64,000 bases of DNA from the NCBI GenBank assembly GCA_031414955.1, contig JANOQV010000102.1:1-64000 (forward strand). Reading direction: 5' to 3'. Shown here in pieces: positions 8,114-17,765 of the stretch. Position numbers and translations under genes: made by a program. The DNA is from Pedosphaera sp. Its GTDB lineage: Bacteria; Verrucomicrobiota; Verrucomicrobiia; Limisphaerales; SIBH01. The stretch's first letter is position 1. Each line of letters starts with the position of its first letter. Below the pieces are notes generated by a model that saw nothing but the letters and a program-made list of their open reading frames with translations, made no database searches and was not told the origin of the DNA.

Positions 8114-10720
8114 ATGAGAACCCTGAATCGTTTCCGCACAAACTCCGGCAAGAATGCGGCGCTGCTGCCGCTGCTCGTGGGTTGCCTAATCGCTGCCAGC
8201 GCAGACCAAACTCATGCCGCATCCTGGGGCGGCTTCCTCGATCTCAGCACGAACTTGCTCACGCAGAACATCAGCTTCACGGGCACGACCAATCCCGCAG
8301 CCGGCGACAGCAACGAAAACTATTACGATGGCGACATGGGCGACTTCGATGGCGACGGCTGGCATGACCGCGCTCTGATTGCGCGCTACGGGCTGCTTTT
8401 CAACACGGGCGGCGGCATCATGACTCCCGCCGCGAACACGATTGTCGGCGGCACGTTTCGATTCGGCGACAAGGACGGACTCGGAAATGACGCGGCGCAA
8501 TGGGCCGACGTGGACAACGATGGCGACTACGACATTCTCCAGGGCGGCAACGGCGAAACGCTCTCGCTGCAAATCAACGCCGGCCTCGGACGCTTCACCA
8601 CGAAACCGATTCCGTCCGTCAGCGCGCTCAACATCGTGAACATCGACATCGACCGCGACGGAGATGTTGACCTCGCCATCGCGCATTCCTTCTGTTCGGA
8701 CGTGGCCTGCGGCCACGGCTGCGCCGAGACCAACTGCGCGGGCACCTGGCCCAAGCAGTTCAACCTGTTCCTCAACGACGGCAACGGAAACTTCAGCAAC
8801 GTCACCGTCGCGCGCGGCTTCCCCAACAACTTCGGCACGAATCTCATCGTCGGTGTCGTCGCGGGTGACGTGGATGGCGACGGCGATTTCGACCTGCTGA
8901 TGATTAACGGCATTGCCCGCGCCATCACGCTGGCGCGCAACAACGGCAGCGGCTTCTTCACCCTGACCAATCTTCCTTTCGCCGTAGCGATGGCCCCCAT
9001 CCGGCCCATCGGCTCTGGCTTCGCGCAGGGCATGAGCCTCGGCGACATCGACGGCGATGGCGACCTCGACCTCGTGTGCGCGCTCGACCGCGACACCGCT
9101 GGCTCGCCGCATCCGCGCGTGGCGCACGCGGTATTCATCAACGATGGCGCGGGCAACTTCGTCGAGGAAACGGCCACGCGCTTCACCGTTGCTGGCACGA
9201 ATTTCTACTCCGGCGCGAACGGCAAATTGATGGACGTGGATTACGACGGCGACTTGGACTTCTTCGCCTTCAAAGGGGACACGCGGCATTTCCAAGTTTA
9301 TCTGAACAATGGCACGGGCCAGTTCACCTACAGCACGAACGACTCACGCCTCTTTGGCGGCAGCACGGCGACGGGCACCGGCGCGGATACGGATGTCACC
9401 GACCTCAACCGCGACGGCTCCTACGACGTGTGGATTGGCGCGGCGGGACAGGACGTGCGGACGCTCATCAACACCCATCAATCGCCCGATGGTCTGGCCG
9501 CGAATCTGCCGCGCAACTTCGCCGTCATTGCGACGGGCACCAACGGAGTCACCCTTTCGTGGCGGCACCCGGCTTACGCGGACGTGGCGCGCTGGTATAA
9601 AGTCTATCGCTCGACTGCGCCCGGACTCGCGCCCACCGACCGCCGCGTGCTCAAGCGCGTCGCTCTCAGCCGCCATCAGGATGAAGGTTTCGCCGCGCCC
9701 CTCACGCGCTTCACCACCACCGCCGCGCTCGGCGACCCGGACGTGATTCTGGTCGGCACGAACAACGAAGTGCAATTCACCGACCGCACGGCTCTGCCGG
9801 GCGTGACTTACTACTACACCGTCGCGCATGTCGGCACGGAGAACATCGAGAGCGTGCCCACGCCGGAACTGGCGGCGAGCGTCCCTGTGACTGTCGGGCC
9901 GGACACCACTCCGCCGATGCTTGAAATCGTCAGCCCGACGATACAGGACTGGACGGCCTACGCGCGCGTGGTGCTGAACTACGCCGACGGCGGCAGCGGC
10001 ATCAATCCAACCAGTCTGCGTGTCTCGTTCAACCGTGCGCTCGGCGACCCCGCCGCTGGTGGACGCGCGGCAGGCACCGACATCACCGACCTGTTTTTCC
10101 GCAAGGACGGACACGGCTACGTCGCCGCCCTCACGCCGCCGCTGTCGTTCTCGAACAACCTGCTGGTCACGATGACCGCGAGCATTGCCGACAACGCGGG
10201 CAACGCGCGAACGCAGGCGGTGCAGTTCTTCGTCAACACCCTCTCGCCTCAACCGCCCACGGCCAGCTTCACCGCCAGCGCGACGAACGGGCTGGCTCCC
10301 TTGACTCTGGCCTTCGATGCCAGCGGCTCCACCGATGCCGATGGCAAGGTCGTGCGCTGGGAATGGTATTTCGGCGACGGCGCGACCGCTCTGGGCCGCA
10401 CTACGACCAAGACCTTCACCACCGGCGGAACTTTTCCCGTGACGCTGCTGGCGCGCGACACGCAAGGCGGAGTGAGCACGGCCAGCCGCGTGGTGACGGT
10501 CGCCGCCTTGCGAATCCTGAACGCGAGTGTCACCGGCCCCGATTTCACGCTCACCTTTCCGACCGCGACGAATCGAAACTACGTCATCGAACGCACCGCT
10601 TCGCTGAGTCCGGCGGCGTGGATGGAACTGACAACGCTGCCCGGCAACGGGTCGGTGCGTAGCGTGACGCACACCAACGCGGGCGGCGCGCAACAGTTTT
10701 ATCGGCTGCGCGTGGATTGA
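8114..10720 (+). CDS. Secreted FG-GAP/VCBS-repeat protein with FN3-like, PKD and C-terminal beta domains
   Basis: Signal peptide; about seven DxDGDGDxD repeats; PKD signature FDASGSTDADG..WYFGDG; ends QQFYRLRVD. Confidence 0.85.
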   Translation: MRTLNRFRTNSGKNAALLPLLVGCLIAASADQTHAASWGGFLDLSTNLLTQNISFTGTTNPAAGDSNENYYDGDMGDFDGDGWHDRALIARYGLLFNTGGGIMTPAANTIVGGTFRFGDKDGLGNDAAQWADVDNDGDYDILQGGNGETLSLQINAGLGRFTTKPIPSVSALNIVNIDIDRDGDVDLAIAHSFCSDVACGHGCAETNCAGTWPKQFNLFLNDGNGNFSNVTVARGFPNNFGTNLIVGVVAGDVDGDGDFDLLMINGIARAITLARNNGSGFFTLTNLPFAVAMAPIRPIGSGFAQGMSLGDIDGDGDLDLVCALDRDTAGSPHPRVAHAVFINDGAGNFVEETATRFTVAGTNFYSGANGKLMDVDYDGDLDFFAFKGDTRHFQVYLNNGTGQFTYSTNDSRLFGGSTATGTGADTDVTDLNRDGSYDVWIGAAGQDVRTLINTHQSPDGLAANLPRNFAVIATGTNGVTLSWRHPAYADVARWYKVYRSTAPGLAPTDRRVLKRVALSRHQDEGFAAPLTRFTTTAALGDPDVILVGTNNEVQFTDRTALPGVTYYYTVAHVGTENIESVPTPELAASVPVTVGPDTTPPMLEIVSPTIQDWTAYARVVLNYADGGSGINPTSLRVSFNRALGDPAAGGRAAGTDITDLFFRKDGHGYVAALTPPLSFSNNLLVTMTASIADNAGNARTQAVQFFVNTLSPQPPTASFTASATNGLAPLTLAFDASGSTDADGKVVRWEWYFGDGATALGRTTTKTFTTGGTFPVTLLARDTQGGVSTASRVVTVAALRILNASVTGPDFTLTFPTATNRNYVIERTASLSPAAWMELTTLPGNGSVRSVTHTNAGGAQQFYRLRVD

Positions 10721-10758
10721 ACCTTGTGACCGCTTGGACTTTGAAACTCATCAACATT

Positions 10759-11997
10759 ATGAAAAGACTCGTTCTCGTTCTACTGCTTGTCCCAATGGCC
10801 GTGGCTCATGCCGCAGACCCAAAAGAAGTCTTCGAGCGGCGCATCCTGCCGATTTTCAAATCACCGAATCCATCGAGTTGCACGGAATGTCATCTGGCGG
10901 GCGTGGACTTGAAGAACTACATCCTGTCCTCTCACGAGAAGACATTTCTTTCCCTGCGCGACCAAGGACTGATTGATGTCGAGAACCCGGCGGACTCGAA
11001 AATTCTCCGGCTGATTGCGATGGGCGGCGGCACGAATCAGGGAGCCGCGCTCATCAGCGCCAAGGTGCGAGAAGCCGAACTCGCTGCCTTTGCCGACTGG
11101 ATTCAGGTCAGCGCCCGTGACCCGAAACTTCGCAGCGCCGCGAAACTCGCTCCTGCCGAGGTCGCCAAGCCGTCGCGCCCGCTGGAAGTGATTCGTTACG
11201 CCCGCACTGACCGGCTGCTCGCGTCGTTTGAGGAAAACATCTGGTCGCAACGATTCCGTTGCAGCGGTTGCCACAGCCCGAAAGGTTCGGAGAACGCCAA
11301 GCTCGTCGAGAAGCACGGCGAACAAGTGTCGTGGATGAAGGACACGGCGGACGCCACAATGCGCTACCTGCTCGACTCGGAGAACCTCAACGTCCAGCAA
11401 CCTGAACGCAGCCGTCTGCTGCTCAAGCCGCTCAATGAAATCAAACACGGCGGCGGACAGAAGATGCTGCCGGGCGACATGACCTACAAAGCGTTTCGCG
11501 CTTGGCTGGATGATTACGCGAAGACCGTGAGCGACCGCTACGCCAGTGCCGCTGAACTTCCGAAGCCCAAGTCCAGCCCTGCGATGTTCGGCACGGAACT
11601 CTGGCTCAAGCTCAACAACACGCCGCCGGAATGGGGCGAGCGTTTGTTGCAAGTGACAATCTTCGCTTGGGACAAGACAAAGAACACTTGGGAGCCTGAA
11701 CCGATTGCCATGTCCGACCGTGGCGTGTCGGGCAAAGGCAAGTTGTGGCAGCACAGTCTCGCGCTGCTCGCGCCGAAAAACTCCGAACGCGCCCGGCTGT
11801 GGAGCCAGACTCCGGCTTCCCTGCCCGCTGGCCGCTACCTGCTCAAAGTTCACGTCGATGTGAAGGAGCGACTCAAGTCCGACTGGAACGCGACGCTCGG
11901 CGACACGGAGTTCATTGGCGAAACCATACTCGAAACCAAGTGGCCGAAGGGCTACGGCAAGATGACGGTCGTGGAAGCCAGCCAAGTGCGCCGCTGA
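10759..11997 (+). CDS. Periplasmic protein with two CxxCH haem-binding motifs
   Basis: Signal peptide MKRLVLVLLLVPMAVAHA; CTECH and CSGCH in two similar domains. Confidence 0.7.
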   Translation: MKRLVLVLLLVPMAVAHAADPKEVFERRILPIFKSPNPSSCTECHLAGVDLKNYILSSHEKTFLSLRDQGLIDVENPADSKILRLIAMGGGTNQGAALISAKVREAELAAFADWIQVSARDPKLRSAAKLAPAEVAKPSRPLEVIRYARTDRLLASFEENIWSQRFRCSGCHSPKGSENAKLVEKHGEQVSWMKDTADATMRYLLDSENLNVQQPERSRLLLKPLNEIKHGGGQKMLPGDMTYKAFRAWLDDYAKTVSDRYASAAELPKPKSSPAMFGTELWLKLNNTPPEWGERLLQVTIFAWDKTKNTWEPEPIAMSDRGVSGKGKLWQHSLALLAPKNSERARLWSQTPASLPAGRYLLKVHVDVKERLKSDWNATLGDTEFIGETILETKWPKGYGKMTVVEASQVRR

Positions 11998-12009
11998 TTT
12001 TCCCACTCC

Positions 12010-14655
12010 TTACAACTTCACCCGACGCAAGCGCAGCGCGTTCGCGATGACCGAAACGGAACTCAGGCTCATCGCCGCGCCCGCAATGATGGGACTGAGC
12101 AGCACGCCGAAGAACGGATAGAGCACACCGGCGGCGAGCGGGATGCCGAGCGTGTTGTAGATGAACGCGAAGAAAAGATTCTGGCGGATGTTCCGCATCA
12201 TCGAACGGCTAAGAGTGATGGCCTTTGCGATGGCGCGGAGGTCGCCTTGGACTAGGGTGATTCCCGCGCTTTCCATCGCGACATCGGTGCCGGTGCCCAT
12301 CGCAATGCCGACATGCTCGGCGGCGAGCGCGGGCGCGTCGTTGATGCCGTCACCGGCCATCGCCACGATTTGACCCTGCTCCCGAAGCTGCCGGATGCGC
12401 TCGTGTTTGTGTTCGGGTGCGACGCCCGCTTCCACTTGGTCGAGGCCGAGCTTCTTGGCGACGGCCTGTGCGGTGCGTTCGTTGTCGCCGGTGAGCATGA
12501 TGATTTTCAGACCGAGCTTGTGAAGTTGCGCGATGGCCTCCGGGGTGGATGCCTTGATGGGGTCAGACACGACGATGACGCCCGCAGGCTGGCCGTTGAT
12601 GGCGACAAACAACGCGGTCTGTCCTTCGGATTCAAAAGGCGTGGCCTGCTGTTCGAGAACTTCCAGACCTTGGAGGCCGCGCTCGCGGAGGAAACCGGGT
12701 TTGCCCACCGCCACTTCGCGGTCGCCCAACTTACCAACGACTCCGCCGCCCGTGACGGAAGTGAAGTCCGTCACCGGCTGCGCCGTCACGCCGCGCTCTT
12801 TCGCGCCATTCACAATCGCCGAGGCCAGCGGATGCTCGCTGTTCTGTTCCACGGACGCGGCGGCGAGCAGCAGTTCCTCCTCGCGCACGCCCTTGGCCGG
12901 GAGGACTTGGGTAAGGCGCGGCTTGCCTTCGGTCAATGTGCCGGTCTTGTCCACGACCAGCGTAGTCACTTTCTCCATCATCTCGATGGCTTCGGCGTTG
13001 CGTATCAACACGCCGGACTGAGCGCCGCGTCCGACGCCGACCATCACCGACATCGGTGTGGCGAGTCCGAGGGCGCATGGGCACGCGATGATGAGCACGG
13101 CGACGGCATTGACGATGGCGAAGGCGAAGCGCGGCTCCGGCCCCCAAACAAACCACACGACGAACGTGAGCGCGGCGATGGCCAGCACCGCCGGGACGAA
13201 CCATCCGGCCACTTTGTCGGCCAACGCCTGAATGGGAGCGCGGCTCCGCTGCGCTTCCCCGACCATCTGCACGATGCGGGCCAGCACCGTGTCGCTGCCG
13301 ACGCGCTCGGCTTGCATGAGGATGCTCCCGGTCGTGTTCAGGGTGCTGCCAGTCACTTTGTCGCCGACACCCTTCTCGACGGGAATCGGTTCGCCGGAAA
13401 TCATCGACTCGTCGATGGAGGTCTTCCCTTCGAGCACGACCCCATCGACAGGAATTTTCTCACCGGGACGAACGCGAAGTTGCTGCCCCACACGAACCTG
13501 TTCCAAAGGCACATCCACTTCCTCGCCGCCGAAAACGACCCGCGCCGTCTTGGGCGCGAGGTTCAGCAGAGCGCGGAGGGCACTCCCGGTTTTGCTCCGC
13601 GCCCGCAGTTCGAGCACTTGTCCGAGCAGCACCAGCACGATAATCGCCGCCGCCGCCTCGAAGTAGATGCCCACCTTTCCACCATGCGCGAACGATGGAG
13701 GAAATAATCCGGGGGCCAGCATCGCCACGGTGCTGAACACGTAAGCTGCCCCGACGCCAATGGCGATGAGCGTGAACATGTTCAAGTGCCGCGTGACGAT
13801 GGAGCGCCAACCGCGCTTGAAGAACGGCCAGCCTGCCCACGCCACGACGGGTGTTGAGAACACGAATTGAATCCATCGCGACACTTCGCCGGTCAGCCAT
13901 TCCTCGTGACGCAGCGCGGGAATCATGTGCGCCATCGCGAGCACGAACACTGGCAGCGTGAGCACTGCGCCAATCCAGAACCGGCGCGTCATATCGGTAA
14001 GTTCGTGGTTCTCTTCGTCGGGCACGGCGGCAACCGTCATCGGCTCCAAGGCCATGCCACACTTCGGACAGTCGCCGGGATGGTCTTGCTGCACTTCCGG
14101 GTGCATCGGGCAGGTGTAGATGACCTTGCCCGCAGCGGGCGCGACCCACGCCGGGTTTCGTTCCAGCGCCATGCCGCATTTCGGACAATCGCCCGGTTTG
14201 TCCGATTCCACGCCGGGGCACATCGGGCAAAAGTATTTCGCGGCAGTAGACGGCTTCACCGCTGCGGCTCCGTGCTCGTGGTGCGAGTGTGAATCGCCAC
14301 TCGGTTTGCTGCCACAGCAGGAGTGCTCCTGCGCGTCGTGCTCTTGCTCGTGGTGAGCGTGGTCGTCGTGTCCGCTCTTGCCGCCGCAGCAATCGCCGGA
14401 GCCGCTGGCAGTCTCGGCTTTCGCACCACCGCAGCATCCGCTGCCGGTATCAGTCAGCGTGAGCGGAATGCTCTTCGCAGGCCGCGCCTGTCCGATGAAC
14501 TTCTGTCGGCAGTGCTCGCTGCAAAAGTAGTGCGTGGTTCCGTCGCGTTCGGCACGGAGCGCCGTCGCTTCATCCACCGTCATTCCGCAGATAGGGTCTT
14601 TGGCCATACGAGTTTCTTTCTTGTTGATGTCCGGTCTGCAATCACATGTCTTCAT
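12010..14655 (-). CDS. copA: Cu(I)-translocating P1B-1 ATPase with YHS and two heavy-metal-binding domains (alternative start 14607)
   Basis: DPICGM..YFCSEHC; YxCPM..CPKCGM twice; His/Cys-rich linker; CPC, DKTGT, SEHP, GDGIND, YN and MSLSS motifs. Confidence 0.93.
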   Translation of the reverse strand: MKTCDCRPDINKKETRMAKDPICGMTVDEATALRAERDGTTHYFCSEHCRQKFIGQARPAKSIPLTLTDTGSGCCGGAKAETASGSGDCCGGKSGHDDHAHHEQEHDAQEHSCCGSKPSGDSHSHHEHGAAAVKPSTAAKYFCPMCPGVESDKPGDCPKCGMALERNPAWVAPAAGKVIYTCPMHPEVQQDHPGDCPKCGMALEPMTVAAVPDEENHELTDMTRRFWIGAVLTLPVFVLAMAHMIPALRHEEWLTGEVSRWIQFVFSTPVVAWAGWPFFKRGWRSIVTRHLNMFTLIAIGVGAAYVFSTVAMLAPGLFPPSFAHGGKVGIYFEAAAAIIVLVLLGQVLELRARSKTGSALRALLNLAPKTARVVFGGEEVDVPLEQVRVGQQLRVRPGEKIPVDGVVLEGKTSIDESMISGEPIPVEKGVGDKVTGSTLNTTGSILMQAERVGSDTVLARIVQMVGEAQRSRAPIQALADKVAGWFVPAVLAIAALTFVVWFVWGPEPRFAFAIVNAVAVLIIACPCALGLATPMSVMVGVGRGAQSGVLIRNAEAIEMMEKVTTLVVDKTGTLTEGKPRLTQVLPAKGVREEELLLAAASVEQNSEHPLASAIVNGAKERGVTAQPVTDFTSVTGGGVVGKLGDREVAVGKPGFLRERGLQGLEVLEQQATPFESEGQTALFVAINGQPAGVIVVSDPIKASTPEAIAQLHKLGLKIIMLTGDNERTAQAVAKKLGLDQVEAGVAPEHKHERIRQLREQGQIVAMAGDGINDAPALAAEHVGIAMGTGTDVAMESAGITLVQGDLRAIAKAITLSRSMMRNIRQNLFFAFIYNTLGIPLAAGVLYPFFGVLLSPIIAGAAMSLSSVSVIANALRLRRVKL

Positions 14656-14666
14656 TCACCACTGCT

Positions 14667-14692
14667 AACGCGGCCTCAGCAGTTTCATTACA
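14667..14692 (-). promoter_or_regulatory. Putative ECF-type promoter for copA (TGTAAT-N16-CGTT)
   Basis: Minus strand reads TGTAAT GAAACTGCTGAGGCCG CGTT just upstream of copA, divergent from an ECF sigma gene. Confidence 0.45.
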
Positions 14693-14719
14693 CTCAATCT
14701 TCGCGGTGCAGGCTCCGGG

Positions 14720-14748
14720 TTGCTGCGAACACGGGGCGCAGCTACGCT
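14720..14748 (+). promoter_or_regulatory. Putative sigma70 promoter TTGCTG-N17-TACGCT giving a leaderless ECF mRNA
   Basis: The -10 hexamer ends 7 nt before the in-frame GTG at 14756. Confidence 0.4.
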
Positions 14749-14755
14749 GACCGCC

Positions 14756-15328
14756 GTGACGCACATCGAAGAACCGCTGCTGAAAAATTTGCAAACCTTC
14801 GTGGCCTTCACCCGAAAGCGCGTCGGCGACCCGCATCTGGCCGAAGATGTCGTGCAGGAGAGCCTCCTAAAAGCCCTGCGCTCCGACCGCAAGCCTGCTG
14901 CTGATGAAGATGTCATCGCATGGTTCTACCGCATCCTGCGCCGCTCCATCATCGACCTGTATCGGAGGCGTGATGTCCGCGACCGTGCGCTTGAGCGACT
15001 GCAAGCCGAACTTCCCGAACAACCCGATGCCGCTTCTGAACGAGTCTTGTGCCAGTGCGTGAAGCGGCTCCTGCCCGGCCTGCCGGAACAGTATCGAGAC
15101 GTGCTGCAACGCATTGACCTCGATGGCGCATCGCCCAAGGAGGCCGCATCCGCGCTCGGCCTCACGGCGAACAATCTGACCGTCCGGCTGCATCGCGCCC
15201 GCCATCGTCTCCGCGCCGAGCTAACGCAAAGTTGCAAGGTGTGCAGCAAGCACGGCTGCCTTGATTGCACCTGCGACCCGGCGGACGGCGGCAGCGCCCA
15301 CCGCCGCGCTGCCGCCGCCAAGCAGTGA
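14756..15328 (+). CDS. CorE-like metal-responsive ECF sigma factor
   Basis: Sigma2 (AEDVVQE, WFYRILR) and sigma4 (VRLHRAR) regions; CQC between them; C-terminal Cys-rich CKVCSKHGCLDCTC; divergent from copA. Confidence 0.85.
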   Translation: MTHIEEPLLKNLQTFVAFTRKRVGDPHLAEDVVQESLLKALRSDRKPAADEDVIAWFYRILRRSIIDLYRRRDVRDRALERLQAELPEQPDAASERVLCQCVKRLLPGLPEQYRDVLQRIDLDGASPKEAASALGLTANNLTVRLHRARHRLRAELTQSCKVCSKHGCLDCTCDPADGGSAHRRAAAAKQ

Positions 15329-15334
15329 ATCGCC

Positions 15335-15634
15335 TTACTTTTTCTCCGGGGTCTTCTTCGCTTCGTCTTCCATCTTCTTGAGATACTTGGCCGGTTCCTT
15401 GTTGAAGTCCTTGAGGCAGGACTTGCAGCAGAGCTTGATGGTCTGGCCTTCATAGACGAACTCGTGGGGCGTCATCCCGCTCCCCTCGAATTTCTCATCC
15501 GACACGACGCACTTGGCGAGCGGGTAAGGCTTGGCCCTTTTGTCGGCAGGTTTATCGGCGGCGCGGGCGCTCAGGACTCCGGCGACGAGGCCGGTGAGCA
15601 GAACCGCAGTGAGGATGTGTTTCGTGAACTTCAT
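15335..15634 (-). CDS. Small exported YHS/TRASH-like metal-binding protein
   Basis: Signal peptide; YPLAKCVVSDE..LCCKSCLKDF. Confidence 0.8.
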   Translation of the reverse strand: MKFTKHILTAVLLTGLVAGVLSARAADKPADKRAKPYPLAKCVVSDEKFEGSGMTPHEFVYEGQTIKLCCKSCLKDFNKEPAKYLKKMEDEAKKTPEKK

Positions 15635-15658
15635 ACTGTTTGCTTTCGTTGTTGTTGA

Positions 15659-15690
15659 TGATTCCCGTCAACGTGACGGCGGAAATTGTT
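15659..15690 (-). repeat. Intergenic stem-loop element, copy 1
   Basis: AACAATTT, a CCGTCA/TGACGG hairpin, then GAATCA; same length and flanks as 16023-16054. Confidence 0.55.
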
Positions 15691-15703
15691 CTTGTGCGTT
15701 GGG

Positions 15704-15997
15704 TCACTTGGGCGCGTTGAGTTTGGAGAGATACTTCGACGGCTCCTTCTTGAAGTCCGCGAGGCAGTCCTTGCAGCAGAGTTTAATCTCCTGCCCTTCG
15801 TGGACGAACGTGTAGGGCTTGCCGTGCTCGAACGCCTCGTCGGTGACGAGGCATTTGGCCAGTGGATACGGCTTCGCAGCAGCCGTGCCGTGGGAATGGC
15901 CTGCATGGTCGTGGCTGTCGCTGGCGCAGCCAACGAACATGACGATGGTCGCGCCAGCCAGCACGGCAAGCGCGAGAATTTTGGTCAGTGTCTTCAT
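15704..15997 (-). CDS. YHS/TRASH-like lipoprotein, paralogue of 15335-15634
   Basis: Lipobox FVGC; His-rich linker; YPLAKCLVTDE..LCCKDCLADF. Confidence 0.8.
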   Translation of the reverse strand: MKTLTKILALAVLAGATIVMFVGCASDSHDHAGHSHGTAAAKPYPLAKCLVTDEAFEHGKPYTFVHEGQEIKLCCKDCLADFKKEPSKYLSKLNAPK

Positions 15998-16022
15998 GGT
16001 TTTGATTTTGTTTTGTTTGTGG

Positions 16023-16054
16023 TGATTCGCCGCCGACATGGCGGCAAAATTGTT
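16023..16054 (-). repeat. Intergenic stem-loop element, copy 2
   Basis: AACAATTT, a GCCGCC/GGCGGC hairpin, then GAATCA. Confidence 0.55.
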
Positions 16055-16068
16055 TTGGCTCCCGCCGG

Positions 16069-16272
16069 TCATTTCTTCTCCACCAGCTTCATGCCGCACT
16101 TGGGGCAGTTGCCCGCCGCGTCTTTCACGACTTCGGGGTGCATCGGGCAGGTGTATTGATGCGCGTGGCCGTCGTTGTGTTCGTGCGCTGTGTTGTTGCA
16201 GCCGGTCACGGCGAGCGCGGCGGCTCCGAGCGCCAGCGCCATCAGCGCGGGCAGTATCCATTTCGTTTTCAT
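16069..16272 (-). CDS. Small heavy-metal-binding-domain lipoprotein (67 aa)
   Basis: Lipobox [23 protein letters not shown]. Confidence 0.85.
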   Translation of the reverse strand: MKTKWILPALMALALGAAALAVTGCNNTAHEHNDGHAHQYTCPMHPEVVKDAAGNCPKCGMKLVEKK

Positions 16273-16304
16273 CGTAGTGTGTTCCTTTTGTGTTTTGTTT
16301 TTGT

Positions 16305-17750
16305 TCACTGAACTTTGATTCGTGCTGTCACATCGTTCTTTGCCAGCAACGGCGGCTTCGTTGGCGGCACCGGGCCGCACCATGCTTCGCCTTTGAGCGG
16401 CGGGCGGACGGCGGCGGTCTTCGTCAAATCCTTGGGCAACTCGATGCCGTCGCGCTTGAGGTCATCGGCGGGCGCGACTTCGGCGAGCGTGCCGGGCGGT
16501 GATTTATACCAGCCAGGGTCGGAGCCATCGGCAGGCAGTTCGTCGCGCACTTTCAGAATCGTGAACATGCCGCCCATCGTGATGTAATCGTATTGGCCCG
16601 GCCCGCCGACCATCGGCAGCGAATTCTTTGGCACGGCCATGCCCATGTCGCCCATGTCACCCATGCCGTCCTGACCCATCACCATGTAGCCGGGCACGAG
16701 CTTGCGGATTTTTTTGTTCAGCCCCTCGGTGTTGATGCCAATAAGATTGCCGAAGTTGTGCCCCATCTGCGTCATCACATGATGGAGCATGTGGCAGTGC
16801 ATCACCCAATCGCCCGGTTCGTTGGCGACGAACTCCACCGTGCGCGTGCTGCCGGTCGGCATGTGAACCGTCGTCTCCGGCCACTGGCCCGCTTCGGGAA
16901 TTTCGCCGCCATCCGTCTCGATGACTTTGAAGTAGTAACCGTGCAGATGAATCGCGTGATGGCTCATCGTGCTGAGGTTGCCGATGCGGAAGCGCACGCG
17001 GTCGCCGACCTTCGCCACGAGCGATTGCGTGCCGGGAAAGCTGCGGGCGTTCATCGTGAACACGTTGAAGTCCGTCATCTCGTTCGGGTCGGGACGGCGG
17101 GCACCGACTTCGATTTTCCATTCGCTCAACATCAGAGCGTAATCGCGGTCAGGCGGCGGCTTGGAGGGATTCTTCGGATGCACGACGAACAGGCCAATCA
17201 TGCCCAACTGCATCTGCGTCATCTCGTCGTGGTGCGAGTGATACATGTAGGTGCCGTGCTGCTTGAGCGTGAACTCGTATTTGAACGTCTCGCCCGGCTG
17301 AATCCCCTTTTGCGAAACGCCGCCCACGCCGTCCATGCCGCTCGGCAAAAGTATCCCGTGCCAGTGAACGCTCGTCGGCGCGGTCAGCCTGTTCGTGACG
17401 TAAATGCGAACGCGGTCGCCCTCGACCGCTTCAATGGTCGGGCCGTGAACGCGGTCGTTGTAGCCCCAGCACTCCGCGACGAGTCCGGGCGCGAACTCAT
17501 GCGTCACTGGCTCGGCCACGAGATGATAGACCTTCACGCCGTTGACCATCTTGAACGGCAGCGTCAGCCCGTTCGGGGTGATGACCGGCTTGTAGCCCTT
17601 CCAGTCCGCAGGCGGAACGAAGGGCGCGGTGGTGCCGGTGCTCGTGGCCTTCATGCCGGGTTCGGCGGCGCGGGCCGTGGGCACCATGCGGGCGAGCAAC
17701 GCCCCGCCTGTGGCGGCAGCGGCTCCGGTGAAAAAGTTTCGTCGGTTCAT
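16305..17750 (-). CDS. Tat-exported multicopper oxidase
   Basis: MNRRNFF Tat motif; HWHG, YHSH, HAIHLHG and HCHMLHH copper ligands; Met-rich segment. Confidence 0.92.
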   Translation of the reverse strand: MNRRNFFTGAAAATGGALLARMVPTARAAEPGMKATSTGTTAPFVPPADWKGYKPVITPNGLTLPFKMVNGVKVYHLVAEPVTHEFAPGLVAECWGYNDRVHGPTIEAVEGDRVRIYVTNRLTAPTSVHWHGILLPSGMDGVGGVSQKGIQPGETFKYEFTLKQHGTYMYHSHHDEMTQMQLGMIGLFVVHPKNPSKPPPDRDYALMLSEWKIEVGARRPDPNEMTDFNVFTMNARSFPGTQSLVAKVGDRVRFRIGNLSTMSHHAIHLHGYYFKVIETDGGEIPEAGQWPETTVHMPTGSTRTVEFVANEPGDWVMHCHMLHHVMTQMGHNFGNLIGINTEGLNKKIRKLVPGYMVMGQDGMGDMGDMGMAVPKNSLPMVGGPGQYDYITMGGMFTILKVRDELPADGSDPGWYKSPPGTLAEVAPADDLKRDGIELPKDLTKTAAVRPPLKGEAWCGPVPPTKPPLLAKNDVTARIKVQ

Positions 17751-17765
17751 AAAATGCAGTTCTGG

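Noticed and set aside
8330..9430. Recurrent GACGGCGA-type nucleotide repeats as a possible array
   Set aside because: They encode FG-GAP DxDGDGD motifs and lack constant repeat and spacer lengths, so this is not CRISPR.
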